Positions 50,156-60,052 of a stretch of 64,000 nucleotides of DNA are shown here, piece by piece. The stretch comes from Dehalococcoidia bacterium UBA1162. GTDB lineage: Bacteria; Chloroflexota; Dehalococcoidia; GIF9; UBA5629. Position 1 is the first letter of the stretch. Every line of letters starts with the position of its first letter. A program made the translations under genes and the position numbers. Below the pieces are notes generated by a model, which was not told where the DNA came from, did not search any database, and worked only from the letters and a program-made list of their open reading frames with translations. Location: positions 73,852 to 137,851 of the forward strand of contig DBZK01000037.1 in the NCBI GenBank assembly GCA_002311135.1, written 5' to 3'.

Positions 50156-50764
50156 CTAGACTACGAGCTTGAAGGCTTCTTTCTTGGCGCCGCAGATAGG
50201 GCATTCATCCGGCGCCGAGCCCACGGCCACATAGCCGCATACGTTACAAACGTAATACTCTACACCCTGCGGATCCATGATGCGGTCAAGCGCCTTTTCG
50301 TACAGCTTGGCATGCCCCCTCTCCACATCGCGGTGAAATTCGAAGATCTTGGCTACCGCCGGATTTCCTTCTTCATTGGCATCCTTGATAAAATTCGGGT
50401 AGGCGTCTTTGGCATAGTTTTCCCGTTCAAAGGCGGCCTGCAGGTTCTCCTGTGTATCCGCTATGACTCCCAGCAACTGGAGATGCCGGGCGGCATGTAT
50501 GGCCTCGGATTGGGCGACCGCCCTGAATAGTCCGGCGATGGCGGGCAAACCCTCCTGGTCGGCCTTTAAAGCGAAGGCCAGGTCGCGTATATTGGCCTTC
50601 GATTCACCTGCAAAGCCTTCCTGCAAATTCTTAAGCGTCTTGGTGCCTTTTATCCTGGTACTTTGATAAAGGTCCATCTGGTCGGCGGGAGCGCCGCACA
50701 CCGGGCAATGCTCAGGTTTGGCCTCGGCCATTTCAAGATGCCTGCAGTTAGTGCACAGCCACAT
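50156..50764 (-). CDS. Rubrerythrin-family protein with N- and C-terminal rubredoxin-like domains
   Basis: CTNC/CPVC; FAGES, EAIHA, ERGH; CNVCG/CPIC. Confidence 0.88.
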   Translation of the reverse strand: MWLCTNCRHLEMAEAKPEHCPVCGAPADQMDLYQSTRIKGTKTLKNLQEGFAGESKANIRDLAFALKADQEGLPAIAGLFRAVAQSEAIHAARHLQLLGVIADTQENLQAAFERENYAKDAYPNFIKDANEEGNPAVAKIFEFHRDVERGHAKLYEKALDRIMDPQGVEYYVCNVCGYVAVGSAPDECPICGAKKEAFKLVV

Positions 50765-50798
50765 ATTAATTCAACCTCCGAAAGCTTATTTATACTCA

Positions 50799-51401
50799 CT
50801 ATTTGGCCGCGAAATTGACGATCCCGCGGTGGATCATGCTGATAGCAATGGCGGCCAGCAGCAGAGCGAATATCTTGGATACGGCCAGCACCCCACCACG
50901 CCCCAGTATTTTAACGAGCCTGTTGGCCTGGACAAAAAACAGCCAGGATATCAGCAGGTTAGCAATAAAAGAGAATAATACGATAAAGATATTGTACTGG
51001 TCGTTAAGTATTAACAAGGTGGTAAGAACGGCCGGGCCGACAACCAGCGGAGTTCCCAGCGGCACGACGCCTACCACGTTATCTCCCATCGATGCCTGCG
51101 CTTCGAACATCTTGCCGACCACCAGTTCCTTGGCGCCCAGCAGGAAGAGAATCAGCCCGCCCGCTATCAGGAAATCATTCACCGTTATCCCCAAAAATAT
51201 AAAAATACCTTTGCCTACGATGATGAAGACCAGTCCCAGGACTAGTGCTGTTATAAGCCCGTTGCGGATTACGCAGCTCCGATCCCTGGCGTTCATATCC
51301 TGCGTAAGCGTGAGCAAGATGGGGACGACGCTGATGGAATCCATGGCCACGAACAGCGGGACAAACGTCAGGCCGAAATCACGCAGAAGATTCAAAAACA
51401 A
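50799..51401 (-). CDS. MarC family membrane protein
   Basis: VPLFVAMD, IAGGLILF, VPLGTPLVVGP, LLAAIAI. Confidence 0.9.
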   Translation of the reverse strand: MFLNLLRDFGLTFVPLFVAMDSISVVPILLTLTQDMNARDRSCVIRNGLITALVLGLVFIIVGKGIFIFLGITVNDFLIAGGLILFLLGAKELVVGKMFEAQASMGDNVVGVVPLGTPLVVGPAVLTTLLILNDQYNIFIVLFSFIANLLISWLFFVQANRLVKILGRGGVLAVSKIFALLLAAIAISMIHRGIVNFAAK

Positions 51402-51490
51402 GCCCGGGCCTCCCTCCTTAGACGATTATTGATGCAGCCTTTGTATCTGCAGGTAGTATAGCAAAGGGTTATTTTACCTACAAACTTAAA

Positions 51491-52543
51491 TTAATGCGCC
51501 TTAATATAACGCGCATAGAGTTTCTCGGCCAGTTCTTCATCCAGTGTATTCTGGATAATCGCACGCCCGTCCGGAAATACCGTAATATGGCAATTATCGA
51601 CATCGAAGCTCAGCAGGTATTCATTGCAAGTCAGGTTTTTAACGCCGGTCAGCCGCCCGGCAAGTTGTTTCAACACGATCTCCCCGGCTGTGGTATCCAC
51701 TATCTGTATGGCCCGGCTCTGGCCGCACAAAGACGATTTTAAAAGGGTCTTTTTTTTATTTAAAAAGTCATAGTCTCCGTTGCAGGCCGGGCAGCCTTGC
51801 TTGCGGGCAATAGGCAATCGTTGGAAAGACGCCTCCCAGACATCGAGGCTGATCAGGTCCTTATTCAACTGGTCGCTGCCGACCAGGATTTTGATGGCTT
51901 CCGTAGCTTCCAGAGAGCTGATAGCCGCAGCCGCCGTGCCCAGTACGCCGTCTGTCTCACAGGTGGGCATGATCTTTTCAGGCGGTATGTCCGGGAAAAC
52001 GCACCGGAAGCAGGGAGTCCTGCCGGGTATCATAGTCATGGTCATGCCGAATGATGAAATCGCCCCTCCGTAGATATAGGGAATCCCCAATTTAAGGGCG
52101 GCATCGTTGATCAGATAGCGGCTTTCAAGATTGTCCAGGCCGTCCAGGATGACGCCCATTCCGGAGCAAAGACTTTCAACGTTGCTCACATTGACATCGG
52201 CAACTACGGCTTCGACCTCAACCAGCGAATTAATCGTATTCAGCCGCCTTTTGGCGGCTATGGCCTTGGGCAATTGAGCTATAACGTCGTTTTCGTCGAA
52301 AAGCACCTGCCTCTGCAGGTTATGGTATTCCAGGAAGTCCCTGTCGATAATCCTGATTTTGCCCACTCCCGCCCTCACAAGCAGGTTGGCCACATTGCTG
52401 CCGAGCGCCCCGCACCCGATGATAACTACGCTGCCCCGTCCCAGTTTGGCCTGGCCTTCTTCGCCAATGCCGTGGAACATCACCTGCCTTGAATAGCGCT
52501 GCCTGGCATTTTCCCCCATTTCCATAGGATTGTTTCCAGCCAT
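51491..52543 (-). CDS. ThiF/MoeB family adenylyltransferase
   Basis: RYSRQ, GCGALG, DRD, NLQRQ, CFRC, TCETDG, CPAC. Confidence 0.9.
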   Translation of the reverse strand: MAGNNPMEMGENARQRYSRQVMFHGIGEEGQAKLGRGSVVIIGCGALGSNVANLLVRAGVGKIRIIDRDFLEYHNLQRQVLFDENDVIAQLPKAIAAKRRLNTINSLVEVEAVVADVNVSNVESLCSGMGVILDGLDNLESRYLINDAALKLGIPYIYGGAISSFGMTMTMIPGRTPCFRCVFPDIPPEKIMPTCETDGVLGTAAAAISSLEATEAIKILVGSDQLNKDLISLDVWEASFQRLPIARKQGCPACNGDYDFLNKKKTLLKSSLCGQSRAIQIVDTTAGEIVLKQLAGRLTGVKNLTCNEYLLSFDVDNCHITVFPDGRAIIQNTLDEELAEKLYARYIKAH

Positions 52544-52719
52544 TTCTCAGTAATAATATCATGTCTGAATAGAGCCATAAAATTGGGCCGGGCAAATTAT
52601 TAGACTGAAGAAACGTAAAATTGAGCCATATGGGTAATTGAATAAGCCTATCCGCAGCTATAATATTTCATTGGAAGAAGCTTGGATTGTCAAGAATCCA
52701 GGGCTATGAGAGGAAACGA

Positions 52720-53376
52720 GTGCTTAACCGGTTAATAAAAGCAATATGCAGGTTAAACAAAGAGGAAGCAGGTACAAACGGCCTTGATACAGCCATAATA
52801 TTAATCGCATTCGTTACGGTGGCGGCGGTTTTCGGCTATGCAGTATTGAGCGCGGGACTTTTCTCCGCCGAAAGGGGCAAAGAGACCGTTTATGCGGGCC
52901 TGGCGGAAGCTAAAAGCAACCTGGAGCTTTCAGGCTCGGTTATAGCCCTGGGGACCCCTACATATATGTTCAACGGTTTTCCCGTGGAGGGTACGGCGAA
53001 CTCTGTCATGTTCACCCTCAAGAATGGTCCTGCAGGCGCCCCCATAGACATGACCCCCAACGGCGGCGCCACGCAAGGCCATAATAAATGCGTAATAACC
53101 CTGACTACAGCCGAGTGGTACGATAATAATGTGACCTGGTATTACGCTCCCCTTGGCGCGGATAACGGCAATAACTTGCTGGAGCCGGGCGAACAATTTG
53201 AGATAACTATAGATTTCGGGAATCTTGGTGCAGATCCGCACCTCAACCCTTACATGAATCCCGACCTGCATGCCAATGACACTTTCACTATTCAGGTGAA
53301 GCCCAATGTCGGGTCGACTATTACTATCCAGCGGAAACTACCGGCGGCTATTGACAGCGTTATGGACCTGCATTAG
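52720..53376 (+). CDS. Archaellin (archaeal-flagellin family) filament protein; start placed at GTG 52720
   Basis: EEAG|TNGLDTAIILIAFVTVAAVFGYAVLSAGLFS; NNLLEPGEQFEI; C-terminal VMDL. Confidence 0.88.
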   Translation: MLNRLIKAICRLNKEEAGTNGLDTAIILIAFVTVAAVFGYAVLSAGLFSAERGKETVYAGLAEAKSNLELSGSVIALGTPTYMFNGFPVEGTANSVMFTLKNGPAGAPIDMTPNGGATQGHNKCVITLTTAEWYDNNVTWYYAPLGADNGNNLLEPGEQFEITIDFGNLGADPHLNPYMNPDLHANDTFTIQVKPNVGSTITIQRKLPAAIDSVMDLH

Positions 53377-53391
53377 GCCCAGCGGAATAAT

Positions 53392-54921
53392 TTATTCTAA
53401 ATAATCTTTAAGCTTGCGGCTACGGCTGGGATGGCGCAACTTACGCAGGGCTTTGGCTTCTATCTGTCGTATGCGTTCCCTGGTCACGTTGAATTCCTGC
53501 CCCACTTCTTCCAGCGTCCTCGCCCTGTCGTCTTCCAGGCCGAAGCGCAGTAAAATTACGCGCCTCTCCCTGTCGGTCAATTCGCCCAGCAATTCATTGA
53601 TCTGGGCACGCAAAAGTCCGATGGTTGCGATCTCGGCGGGAGCCAGGCCTGTCTTGTCTTCGATAAAATCCCCCAGGTGGCTATCCTCTTCCTCGCCGAC
53701 AGGTGTCTCCAGCGACAAAGGGGTCCTGGTCAATTTGAGGATTTCCGTTACCTTTTCCACCGAGAGCTCCATCGCCAGGGCAATCTCATCGATATTCGGC
53801 TCACCACCGCCCTCCTGGCTTAACTGCCTGCGGGTCCTCAGCAGCCTGTTGATATTTTCCACCATGTGGACGGGGATCCTGATAGTGCGTGATTGATCGG
53901 CCAGCGCCCGCGTAACGGCCTGCCGTATCCACCATGTCGCATAAGTGCTGAACTTAAAACCACGTCTGTATTCAAATTTATCAACGGCCCGCACCAGGCC
54001 GATGTTCCCTTCCTGTATCAGGTCCAGGATCGGCATATGCTGCTGGCTGTATTTCTTGGCAATGCTGACCACCAGCCTAAGGTTGGCCTCGATAAGATGC
54101 CTGGACGATTTATCGGCATCGCGTTTTACGCTGTTGGAAAACTGTTTGAATTGGCCGTTAAGGGATTGCAGCTTCGCCAGCAAGTTTTCATTCACAGGAT
54201 CTTTGAGGTACTGCTCAACCTGGTTCCAGGAAGTGCGGCTCCCGATGACTTCATAAATCTTCGTGGGCAACAGCCGGCTATATACGGATATGTCGGCCAG
54301 GTCATGCCAGACTTCAGGGAAGGTCCTTCCGCAATTCGCGCATATTGCTTCGACAAAGGGTATTTCTATTACGCCGTCTACGGCAGCCCTCAATTCGGGC
54401 TTGAGAAGCGTTTGTTTGAAATTGCTTCCGCACTGAATTCCCAGGTTCTTATAGAGGGCCAGGACTACCGGGTAGGCGGAAACCAGCTTGCGCAGGCTGG
54501 CCAGGATAACGCTAACCTCCCGGTCATATTGTTCCGGGTTAGCGGTGTAGAACTTCTCTAACCTGGTCAGGTACCGGCCGTCCTCAACCTTGCCTGCCAG
54601 CGACCGTTCCTCCTTGGCAGTAAGTAACGCCACCTTTCCGATCTCCCGCAGGTACAAATGTATCGGGTCATCATAAAAGTCGATTACCTCAGCCGCTATG
54701 ACGGGTGGAAGGGCATGTTTGCTGTCAGCCAGTAACCCGGCCGGGTCCTCCAATCCGTTCTCAATTGATACCAGGTCTTCCCAGATAGAGGCCGTACGGA
54801 CGAATTCATCTGCTTCCTTTTCGTCGAACACATCCAATGCGACGTCAAGGCCTGTCGATGACGGCAGTCCCGGTGTTGAAATGAATGGGCTCTTAAGGCC
54901 AATGTCTTTACTATTTATCAA
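53392..54921 (-). CDS. rpoD: RpoD-type sigma-70 factor, likely a paralog (no dnaG adjacent)
   Basis: [55 protein letters not shown]. Confidence 0.9.
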   Translation of the reverse strand: MINSKDIGLKSPFISTPGLPSSTGLDVALDVFDEKEADEFVRTASIWEDLVSIENGLEDPAGLLADSKHALPPVIAAEVIDFYDDPIHLYLREIGKVALLTAKEERSLAGKVEDGRYLTRLEKFYTANPEQYDREVSVILASLRKLVSAYPVVLALYKNLGIQCGSNFKQTLLKPELRAAVDGVIEIPFVEAICANCGRTFPEVWHDLADISVYSRLLPTKIYEVIGSRTSWNQVEQYLKDPVNENLLAKLQSLNGQFKQFSNSVKRDADKSSRHLIEANLRLVVSIAKKYSQQHMPILDLIQEGNIGLVRAVDKFEYRRGFKFSTYATWWIRQAVTRALADQSRTIRIPVHMVENINRLLRTRRQLSQEGGGEPNIDEIALAMELSVEKVTEILKLTRTPLSLETPVGEEEDSHLGDFIEDKTGLAPAEIATIGLLRAQINELLGELTDRERRVILLRFGLEDDRARTLEEVGQEFNVTRERIRQIEAKALRKLRHPSRSRKLKDYLE

Positions 54922-54996
54922 TATGAATATCTCAATAAAGCCTGATAAATTTTGTTATTTCCAAGCTTTAACCTGCTGATATCCTGAGAGGTTGTT

Positions 54997-55302
54997 TTAC
55001 CTTCTCGGTTTAATCGAACTGTAGCAATCGCTGCAGTAAACCGGCCTGTCCTCTCGTGGTTCGAAAGGTATCTCAGCCTGTTTGCCGCACTGCGAGCATA
55101 CTGCCTGATACATTTGCCTTACGTGACCCAGACGCGTGCCACTGCCGCCGCCGCGTGACGATTTCCTGGCTTCCCTGCAATCAGGGCAGCGCTTGGGCTC
55201 ATTGGTATAGCCTTTGGATGCGTAAAATTCCTGATCGTTGGCGGTGAATGTGAACTCCTTGTTGCAGTCGCTACAGGTTAGATTCTTGTCGGTGAAACCC
55301 AT
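54997..55302 (-). CDS. Zinc-ribbon + CxxC-x17-CxxC domain protein
   Basis: CSDC..FTF...QEFY..KG..NEPKRCPDCR; CSQCG...PFEP...RPVYCSDC. Confidence 0.9.
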   Translation of the reverse strand: MGFTDKNLTCSDCNKEFTFTANDQEFYASKGYTNEPKRCPDCREARKSSRGGGSGTRLGHVRQMYQAVCSQCGKQAEIPFEPREDRPVYCSDCYSSIKPRR

Positions 55303-55505
55303 GTGATGACCTCCAAATATTTTTAATAATGGCTTGAAGTCGGGGTCATCTGAAACATGAATAAATTAAGGCGGGGTAATGCGTTAATGTAATCCAGTTA
55401 GCAATAACCGAAACTTAACCACCGTCTTAACTATACAGTAGAAAGACGTATCAATCAAATTCACATTGAATTTGCCGTCAATAGCCTGTCAACATATGTC
55501 CCAGC

Positions 55506-55535
55506 TTTACAGTGAGGCCTTATGTCATATATAAT
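55506..55535 (+). promoter_or_regulatory. Putative promoter of the DEAD-box helicase (long 5' UTR)
   Basis: TTTACA-18 nt-TATAAT about 115 nt upstream of the start. Confidence 0.5.
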
Positions 55536-55650
55536 ATGTACATAGTTCAAGTTAAGGTTATTCACCAGCTTCATATAGTCTCTTCAGATTTATCTCGAGT
55601 TCTTGGATGGCCCAACCTGGCTAAATTAAATATCTAAGAGGTTATCCAAT

Positions 55651-56862
55651 TTGAGTTTCCAAAATTTCAATCTCCATCCTGCTATTATGGCTGGCGTAGA
55701 AGCGGCTGGTTACACCACGCCCACGCCCATCCAGATGCAGGCCATCCCCCCGATCATGCAGGGCCGCGATATCATCGGCCTGGCGCAAACCGGCACCGGC
55801 AAAACGGCGGTTTTCGTGCTTCCCGCACTTCATCGCCTGATGCAGTTACCCAGGGGCAAGATCGGAGCCCTTATCATTTCTCCCACGCGTGAGCTGGCCG
55901 AGCAGACCTGCGAGGCAATCGACGCCCTGGGAAAGAAAACCGGCTTGAAAAGCATAGCCGTTTACGGCGGCGTCGGCATGGACCAGCAGGTACGCAGGCT
56001 GCGCAGCGGCGTAGAGATAGCTGTTGCCTGCCCGGGCCGCTTGCTAGACCATATCTGGAAGGGGACGATAGACCTGTCCCACCTGGATATACTGGTAATC
56101 GATGAGGCCGACCGCATGTTCGATATGGGCTTCCTTCCCGATATAAAAAGCATCCTGAAATGCGTGATGGAGAGGCGGCAGACGCTGCTTTTCTCCGCCA
56201 CTATGCCGGCCGATATCCGCAGGTTGGTCAAGGACCACTTGCGTAATCCGGTCACCGTGCAAATCGGGCAGTCGGCGCCTGCGGACACCGTTTCGCACGC
56301 AGTATATCCGGTCAAACAGCATTTAAAAACATCCCTTTTGGTCGAATTCCTCCGTCGGAACGAGACCGACTCCGTGCTGGTATTCACACGCACCAAGCGC
56401 CGCGCTGACCGCGTGGCCATGCAGTTGGAGAGGGCCGGTTTCCACGTAGCGCAAATACACGGTGACCTGGCACAGAACAGGCGCCAGGCCGCGCTGGATG
56501 CTTTCCGTTCCGGGTCGGTTAAAATCCTGGTAGCAACCGACATCGCAGCCCGCGGCATCGATGTACTGAGCATTTCGCACGTAATCAACTACGATATGCC
56601 GGAGAGCGTTGATGCCTATACCCATCGCATAGGCCGTACTGGCAGGGTAGAACAAAAGGGCATTGCGCTGACTCTTGTTACACACGAAGATGCTTCCCTC
56701 ATACGTGAAATCGAGAATGTACTTAATGCGCCGTTGGAGCGCATGACTTTGGAAGGTTTCAACTACTTGGTCCCTGCTCCGGCTATAACAGGTAGGCCCA
56801 TCGCCAACCGGTCCAACGGCCGCCGATCATTCGGGAGCCGTGTTTCGAGCGGGCGAAAGTAG
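55651..56862 (+). CDS. DEAD-box RNA helicase (RhlE-like)
   Basis: Q motif, AQTGTGKT, PTRELA, DEAD, SAT, ARGID, HRIGRTGR. Confidence 0.95.
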   Translation: MSFQNFNLHPAIMAGVEAAGYTTPTPIQMQAIPPIMQGRDIIGLAQTGTGKTAVFVLPALHRLMQLPRGKIGALIISPTRELAEQTCEAIDALGKKTGLKSIAVYGGVGMDQQVRRLRSGVEIAVACPGRLLDHIWKGTIDLSHLDILVIDEADRMFDMGFLPDIKSILKCVMERRQTLLFSATMPADIRRLVKDHLRNPVTVQIGQSAPADTVSHAVYPVKQHLKTSLLVEFLRRNETDSVLVFTRTKRRADRVAMQLERAGFHVAQIHGDLAQNRRQAALDAFRSGSVKILVATDIAARGIDVLSISHVINYDMPESVDAYTHRIGRTGRVEQKGIALTLVTHEDASLIREIENVLNAPLERMTLEGFNYLVPAPAITGRPIANRSNGRRSFGSRVSSGRK

Positions 56863-56887
56863 AAGAGGAATTCTCCGGTCTTGCCGG

Positions 56888-58261
56888 CTATCTGCACGGA
56901 AGGACTACATAGAAAGTGGTACCCTTGCCAATCTCGCTTTCAGCTTCCATCCTTCCTCCATGGGCTTCGGCGATGCTCTTGGCGATTGCCAGGCCCAGGC
57001 CGGTTCCTGTATCGCCACGGGAATGTATCTGATCTACACGATAGAAACGTTCAAATATATGTGGCAGGTGCTCAGGAGGAATGCCCACTCCTGTATCACT
57101 GATAGCCACTACCGCCATGCCATCTTTCTCGGTAACTGATAGCGATACACTACCCCCGCTCGGAGTATAATGGACGGCGTTTTCCAAAATGCTTATAAAT
57201 AATTGCCTCAACTTTAAACGGTCTGCCCTTAGAGTGAGATTGTTCCGTGGTCCCAGATTGAATTGGAGTCCCTTTTCAATTGCTAATAGTTTTACGTCAG
57301 CTGATACTTCAGCAAGAAGCTCGTCAAGATTAACGTCAGCCAGGCTTAAATACTCTTTACCGGCATCACTCCGGGCCAAAGATAATATTCTGTCTATTGC
57401 AGATGACATGTAAGCTGACTCCTGGGCGACCAACTCAAGCGACTCCCTGTATTCGGATTCAGTTCTTGCCTTGTTAAGTGTCAAGGTGGTCTCAGCTTGA
57501 ATAACCGCTAAAGGTGTGCGCAACTCATGAGAAACGTCAGCTACAAATTGCCGATAGCGGTCAAATGACCCTTCAAGACGTTCAAACATTCTATTCAAGG
57601 TCGAAGCCAACCTTCCCAACTCATCTCCACTGGCCACCTTTATCCTGCGGCTTAGATCACTGTATTCTATATCCTGAGCTATTCTGGTTATCTGTTCTAC
57701 CGGCTTGAGTGCCCGGTTAGCTAATAAGAACCCGCCAATTCCAGCCAGCACGAGAACGACCAGGGCGGACCAAGCGAGGATATCTCTGAAGGTCGCCATG
57801 ACATCACCTATCCAGGCTACTGGGCGACCAACGACTATGATTGTGGGGCTATTATCAGGGCCAACGGATAGGGAGGAAGCGTAGAATCTTATCTCTTGCC
57901 CACTTCCGGTGACAACAGTAAAAAACGTGCCCTGACCATCTAAAGCTTGCTTAATGACGCTGTCCATACTGGGCAATTCGACATTGGCGCCGTATCGCTT
58001 GAGTAAAGTCCCATCGGCCTTGTAAATCAATATTAATTCGTTTAGCTCTTCAACTACCTTTTCCTCGGCAACATCATTTTCTCCGGCTTTAAGTCTGGTC
58101 CCTGTAGCTGTCGCCATGTTCGTCAGGTTATAGTCGAGATTATGATGCAGATTGTTATTTAGCAGGGCATAGGCTACGCCGCTAAATACGAAAAGCAGCG
58201 TAACAATGACAGCTAAGTGCCAGATGATAAGACGGAATTTGATTGTCTGGAAGAATCTCAT
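56888..58261 (-). CDS. HAMP-domain sensor histidine kinase
   Basis: Two TM helices, HAMP, SHELRTPL, ENAVHY, DTGVG, FERFYRVD, GLGLAIA. Confidence 0.95.
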   Translation of the reverse strand: MRFFQTIKFRLIIWHLAVIVTLLFVFSGVAYALLNNNLHHNLDYNLTNMATATGTRLKAGENDVAEEKVVEELNELILIYKADGTLLKRYGANVELPSMDSVIKQALDGQGTFFTVVTGSGQEIRFYASSLSVGPDNSPTIIVVGRPVAWIGDVMATFRDILAWSALVVLVLAGIGGFLLANRALKPVEQITRIAQDIEYSDLSRRIKVASGDELGRLASTLNRMFERLEGSFDRYRQFVADVSHELRTPLAVIQAETTLTLNKARTESEYRESLELVAQESAYMSSAIDRILSLARSDAGKEYLSLADVNLDELLAEVSADVKLLAIEKGLQFNLGPRNNLTLRADRLKLRQLFISILENAVHYTPSGGSVSLSVTEKDGMAVVAISDTGVGIPPEHLPHIFERFYRVDQIHSRGDTGTGLGLAIAKSIAEAHGGRMEAESEIGKGTTFYVVLPCR

Positions 58262-58929
58262 AGTACAGCTAGCCGGTATCCGGCCCCCCTCAATGTTTGA
58301 ATCAGGCTGTCCTTTCCCTCATCATCGATCTTGCTGCGGAGCCTTCGAATGTAAACATCCACGATATTGGACAGGCTGTCAAAATCGTAGTTCCAGGCTC
58401 CCTCTTCAAGCATTGTCCTTGTAACGACCATATTGGGATGGCGCATGAAGTATTCCAGTATAGAGTACTCTTTCGCGGTAAGCTCTATCTTTCTCTGCCC
58501 TTTTCGCACCTCTCTCGTCAATGTATCCATCACCAGGTCTCCGACCTGCATTTTGGGTGTTTTGAATATCATGTCTCGCCGCATCAACGCCCGAACCCGA
58601 GCCAGTAGTTCGCTAAAGGCAAACGGCTTGGTCAGATAGTCGTCAGCACCGGAATCGAGCCCCTTAACTCTATCCTCAATGCTGTCCTTGGCGGTAAGCA
58701 TTAATACGGGCATACTAACCTGCTTTGCCCGTAACTCCTGACAAACTACAATTCCGTCTTTCTTTGGCAGCATAATATCGAGAATAACAAGGTCGTAGGG
58801 CGTAGTTTCAGCCATGTATTGGGCCTCCTCACCGTCATAAACACAGTCAATGGAGTATCCTTCTTCCAAAAGACCTCGCTTGATAACACCGGCAAGCCGC
58901 CTATCATCCTCGACCACTAAAATTCGCAT
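58258..58929 (-). CDS. OmpR/PhoB-family response regulator
   Basis: VVEDD, LDIMLP, LTAKD, GADDYLTKPF, VDVYIRRLR, TLRGAGY. Confidence 0.96.
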   Translation of the reverse strand: MRILVVEDDRRLAGVIKRGLLEEGYSIDCVYDGEEAQYMAETTPYDLVILDIMLPKKDGIVVCQELRAKQVSMPVLMLTAKDSIEDRVKGLDSGADDYLTKPFAFSELLARVRALMRRDMIFKTPKMQVGDLVMDTLTREVRKGQRKIELTAKEYSILEYFMRHPNMVVTRTMLEEGAWNYDFDSLSNIVDVYIRRLRSKIDDEGKDSLIQTLRGAGYRLAVL

Positions 58930-58974
58930 TCTGTCTCCTTACGCAGGACATTATCCATATTTTTCATTACCTCT

Positions 58975-59090
58975 ATTATATTAAAACAAGATGAACAGAA
59001 GATGAAAGGATATGCATCTGAAGCTCTAAACCGCTGTTAATACTGCGTTCATTTTCCATTCATTACCGGTTCATATAAGGGTGTTAAACT
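58975..59090. promoter_or_regulatory. Divergent promoters with OmpR/PhoB-type TTCAT direct repeats (11-bp period)
   Basis: Minus: two TTCAT, 10 nt, TATAAT. Plus: TTAAT/TTCAT at 59037, 59048, 59059, 59070, 10 nt, TAAACT. Confidence 0.75.
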
Positions 59091-59129
59091 GGGTTCAAAG
59101 AATCGAAGTAAGAAACATGAGGTATATAA

Positions 59130-59282
59130 ATGCAGAATAAAGAAATGAACAACTTAATAAATGGAAAGGTTAAAATCACAATATTTAATGACGGATACCT
59201 GGTGTCTTTGTTGATGGGAATGATCCTGTGCGGCATTGCCCTGCTATTCCTGCTGGTAACCATAGGTACTACGTATCTATAA
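59130..59282 (+). CDS. 50-aa single-pass membrane peptide (not in the ORF track)
   Basis: GAGG RBS; MQNKEMNNLINGKVKITIFNDGYLVSLLMGMILCGIALLFLLVTIGTTYL. Confidence 0.55.
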   Translation: MQNKEMNNLINGKVKITIFNDGYLVSLLMGMILCGIALLFLLVTIGTTYL

Positions 59283-59337
59283 CCGGTAGCGAAGAAAACA
59301 ATCCTACAGGTACTGAAAGAAGGGAGGAGCACATAAA

Positions 59338-59901
59338 ATGAAGAACTTCAAGACAATTACTGTAATCAAAGAGACTGTCATGTTCGTCGCTACAATAGTG
59401 TCAGTGATAGGTTTCGGCTTTACACTTGCGTTTCATACCACGTCAACGGCCCCGACCGCGTATGCCGAGGCTGCCGGCGCCTCAATCTATGATAACGTTG
59501 GCCCGTCGGTCGTGGTGATCGAGGTAACCCGACAAGGTCCCAATCCCTACGGTCTCCCGTTTCCCAATGAAGATGTAGGATATGGCTTTCTGGTAGATAG
59601 TCAGGGGCTTATCCTCACCAATAATCATGTCGTCGATGGAGCCTCGAATGTACAGGTAGTGCTGAAGAGCGGTAACACTGTTGATGCCAAAGTGGTCTCC
59701 ACTGACGCAGCTGATGACCTGGCCCTGATAAGCATCGATTCCACATCTGTACTCGGAATAACCCCGCTTGGGCTTGGTGATTCAAGCGCAGTGAAGCCCG
59801 GACAGATGGCTATGGCTTTGGGCGGCCCGAATTCCATGATCGCTGTGGTACCATCACCCAGCCGTAGGGCAACAGCCCTACTCCCTGTCACAAATGTATA
59901 G
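59338..59901 (+). pseudogene. Truncated HtrA/S1C serine-protease-like gene
   Basis: PSVVVI, G.GF, ILTNNHVV (His), DLALI (Asp), LGDSS; ends before the catalytic GNSGG serine and has no PDZ domain. Confidence 0.7.
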
Positions 59902-59906
59902 AATTA

Positions 59907-59960
59907 TTCATCTTGCGTTAATGTTAGATTCATCAACAGTTCATATAAAAGTGTTAAATT
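59907..59960 (+). promoter_or_regulatory. Third TTCAT-repeat promoter
   Basis: TTCAT/TTAAT at 59907, 59918, 59929, 59940, 10 nt, TAAATT. Confidence 0.7.
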
Positions 59961-60052
59961 ATGTATAAACCGTTTGAGTAAAGTGAAAGCATAGCGAATA
60001 ACTTCGTTGAAAAGAAGGGTTGTATTACTTTAAAACAGGAGAATTATGGCAA

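Noticed and set aside
50803..51432. 209-aa plus-strand ORF
   Set aside because: Antisense shadow of the MarC gene
55962..56588. 208-aa minus-strand ORF
   Set aside because: Antisense shadow of the DEAD-box helicase
59820..60050. Frameshift continuation of htrA
   Set aside because: Alternative frames stop quickly and contain no GNSGG or PDZ sequence
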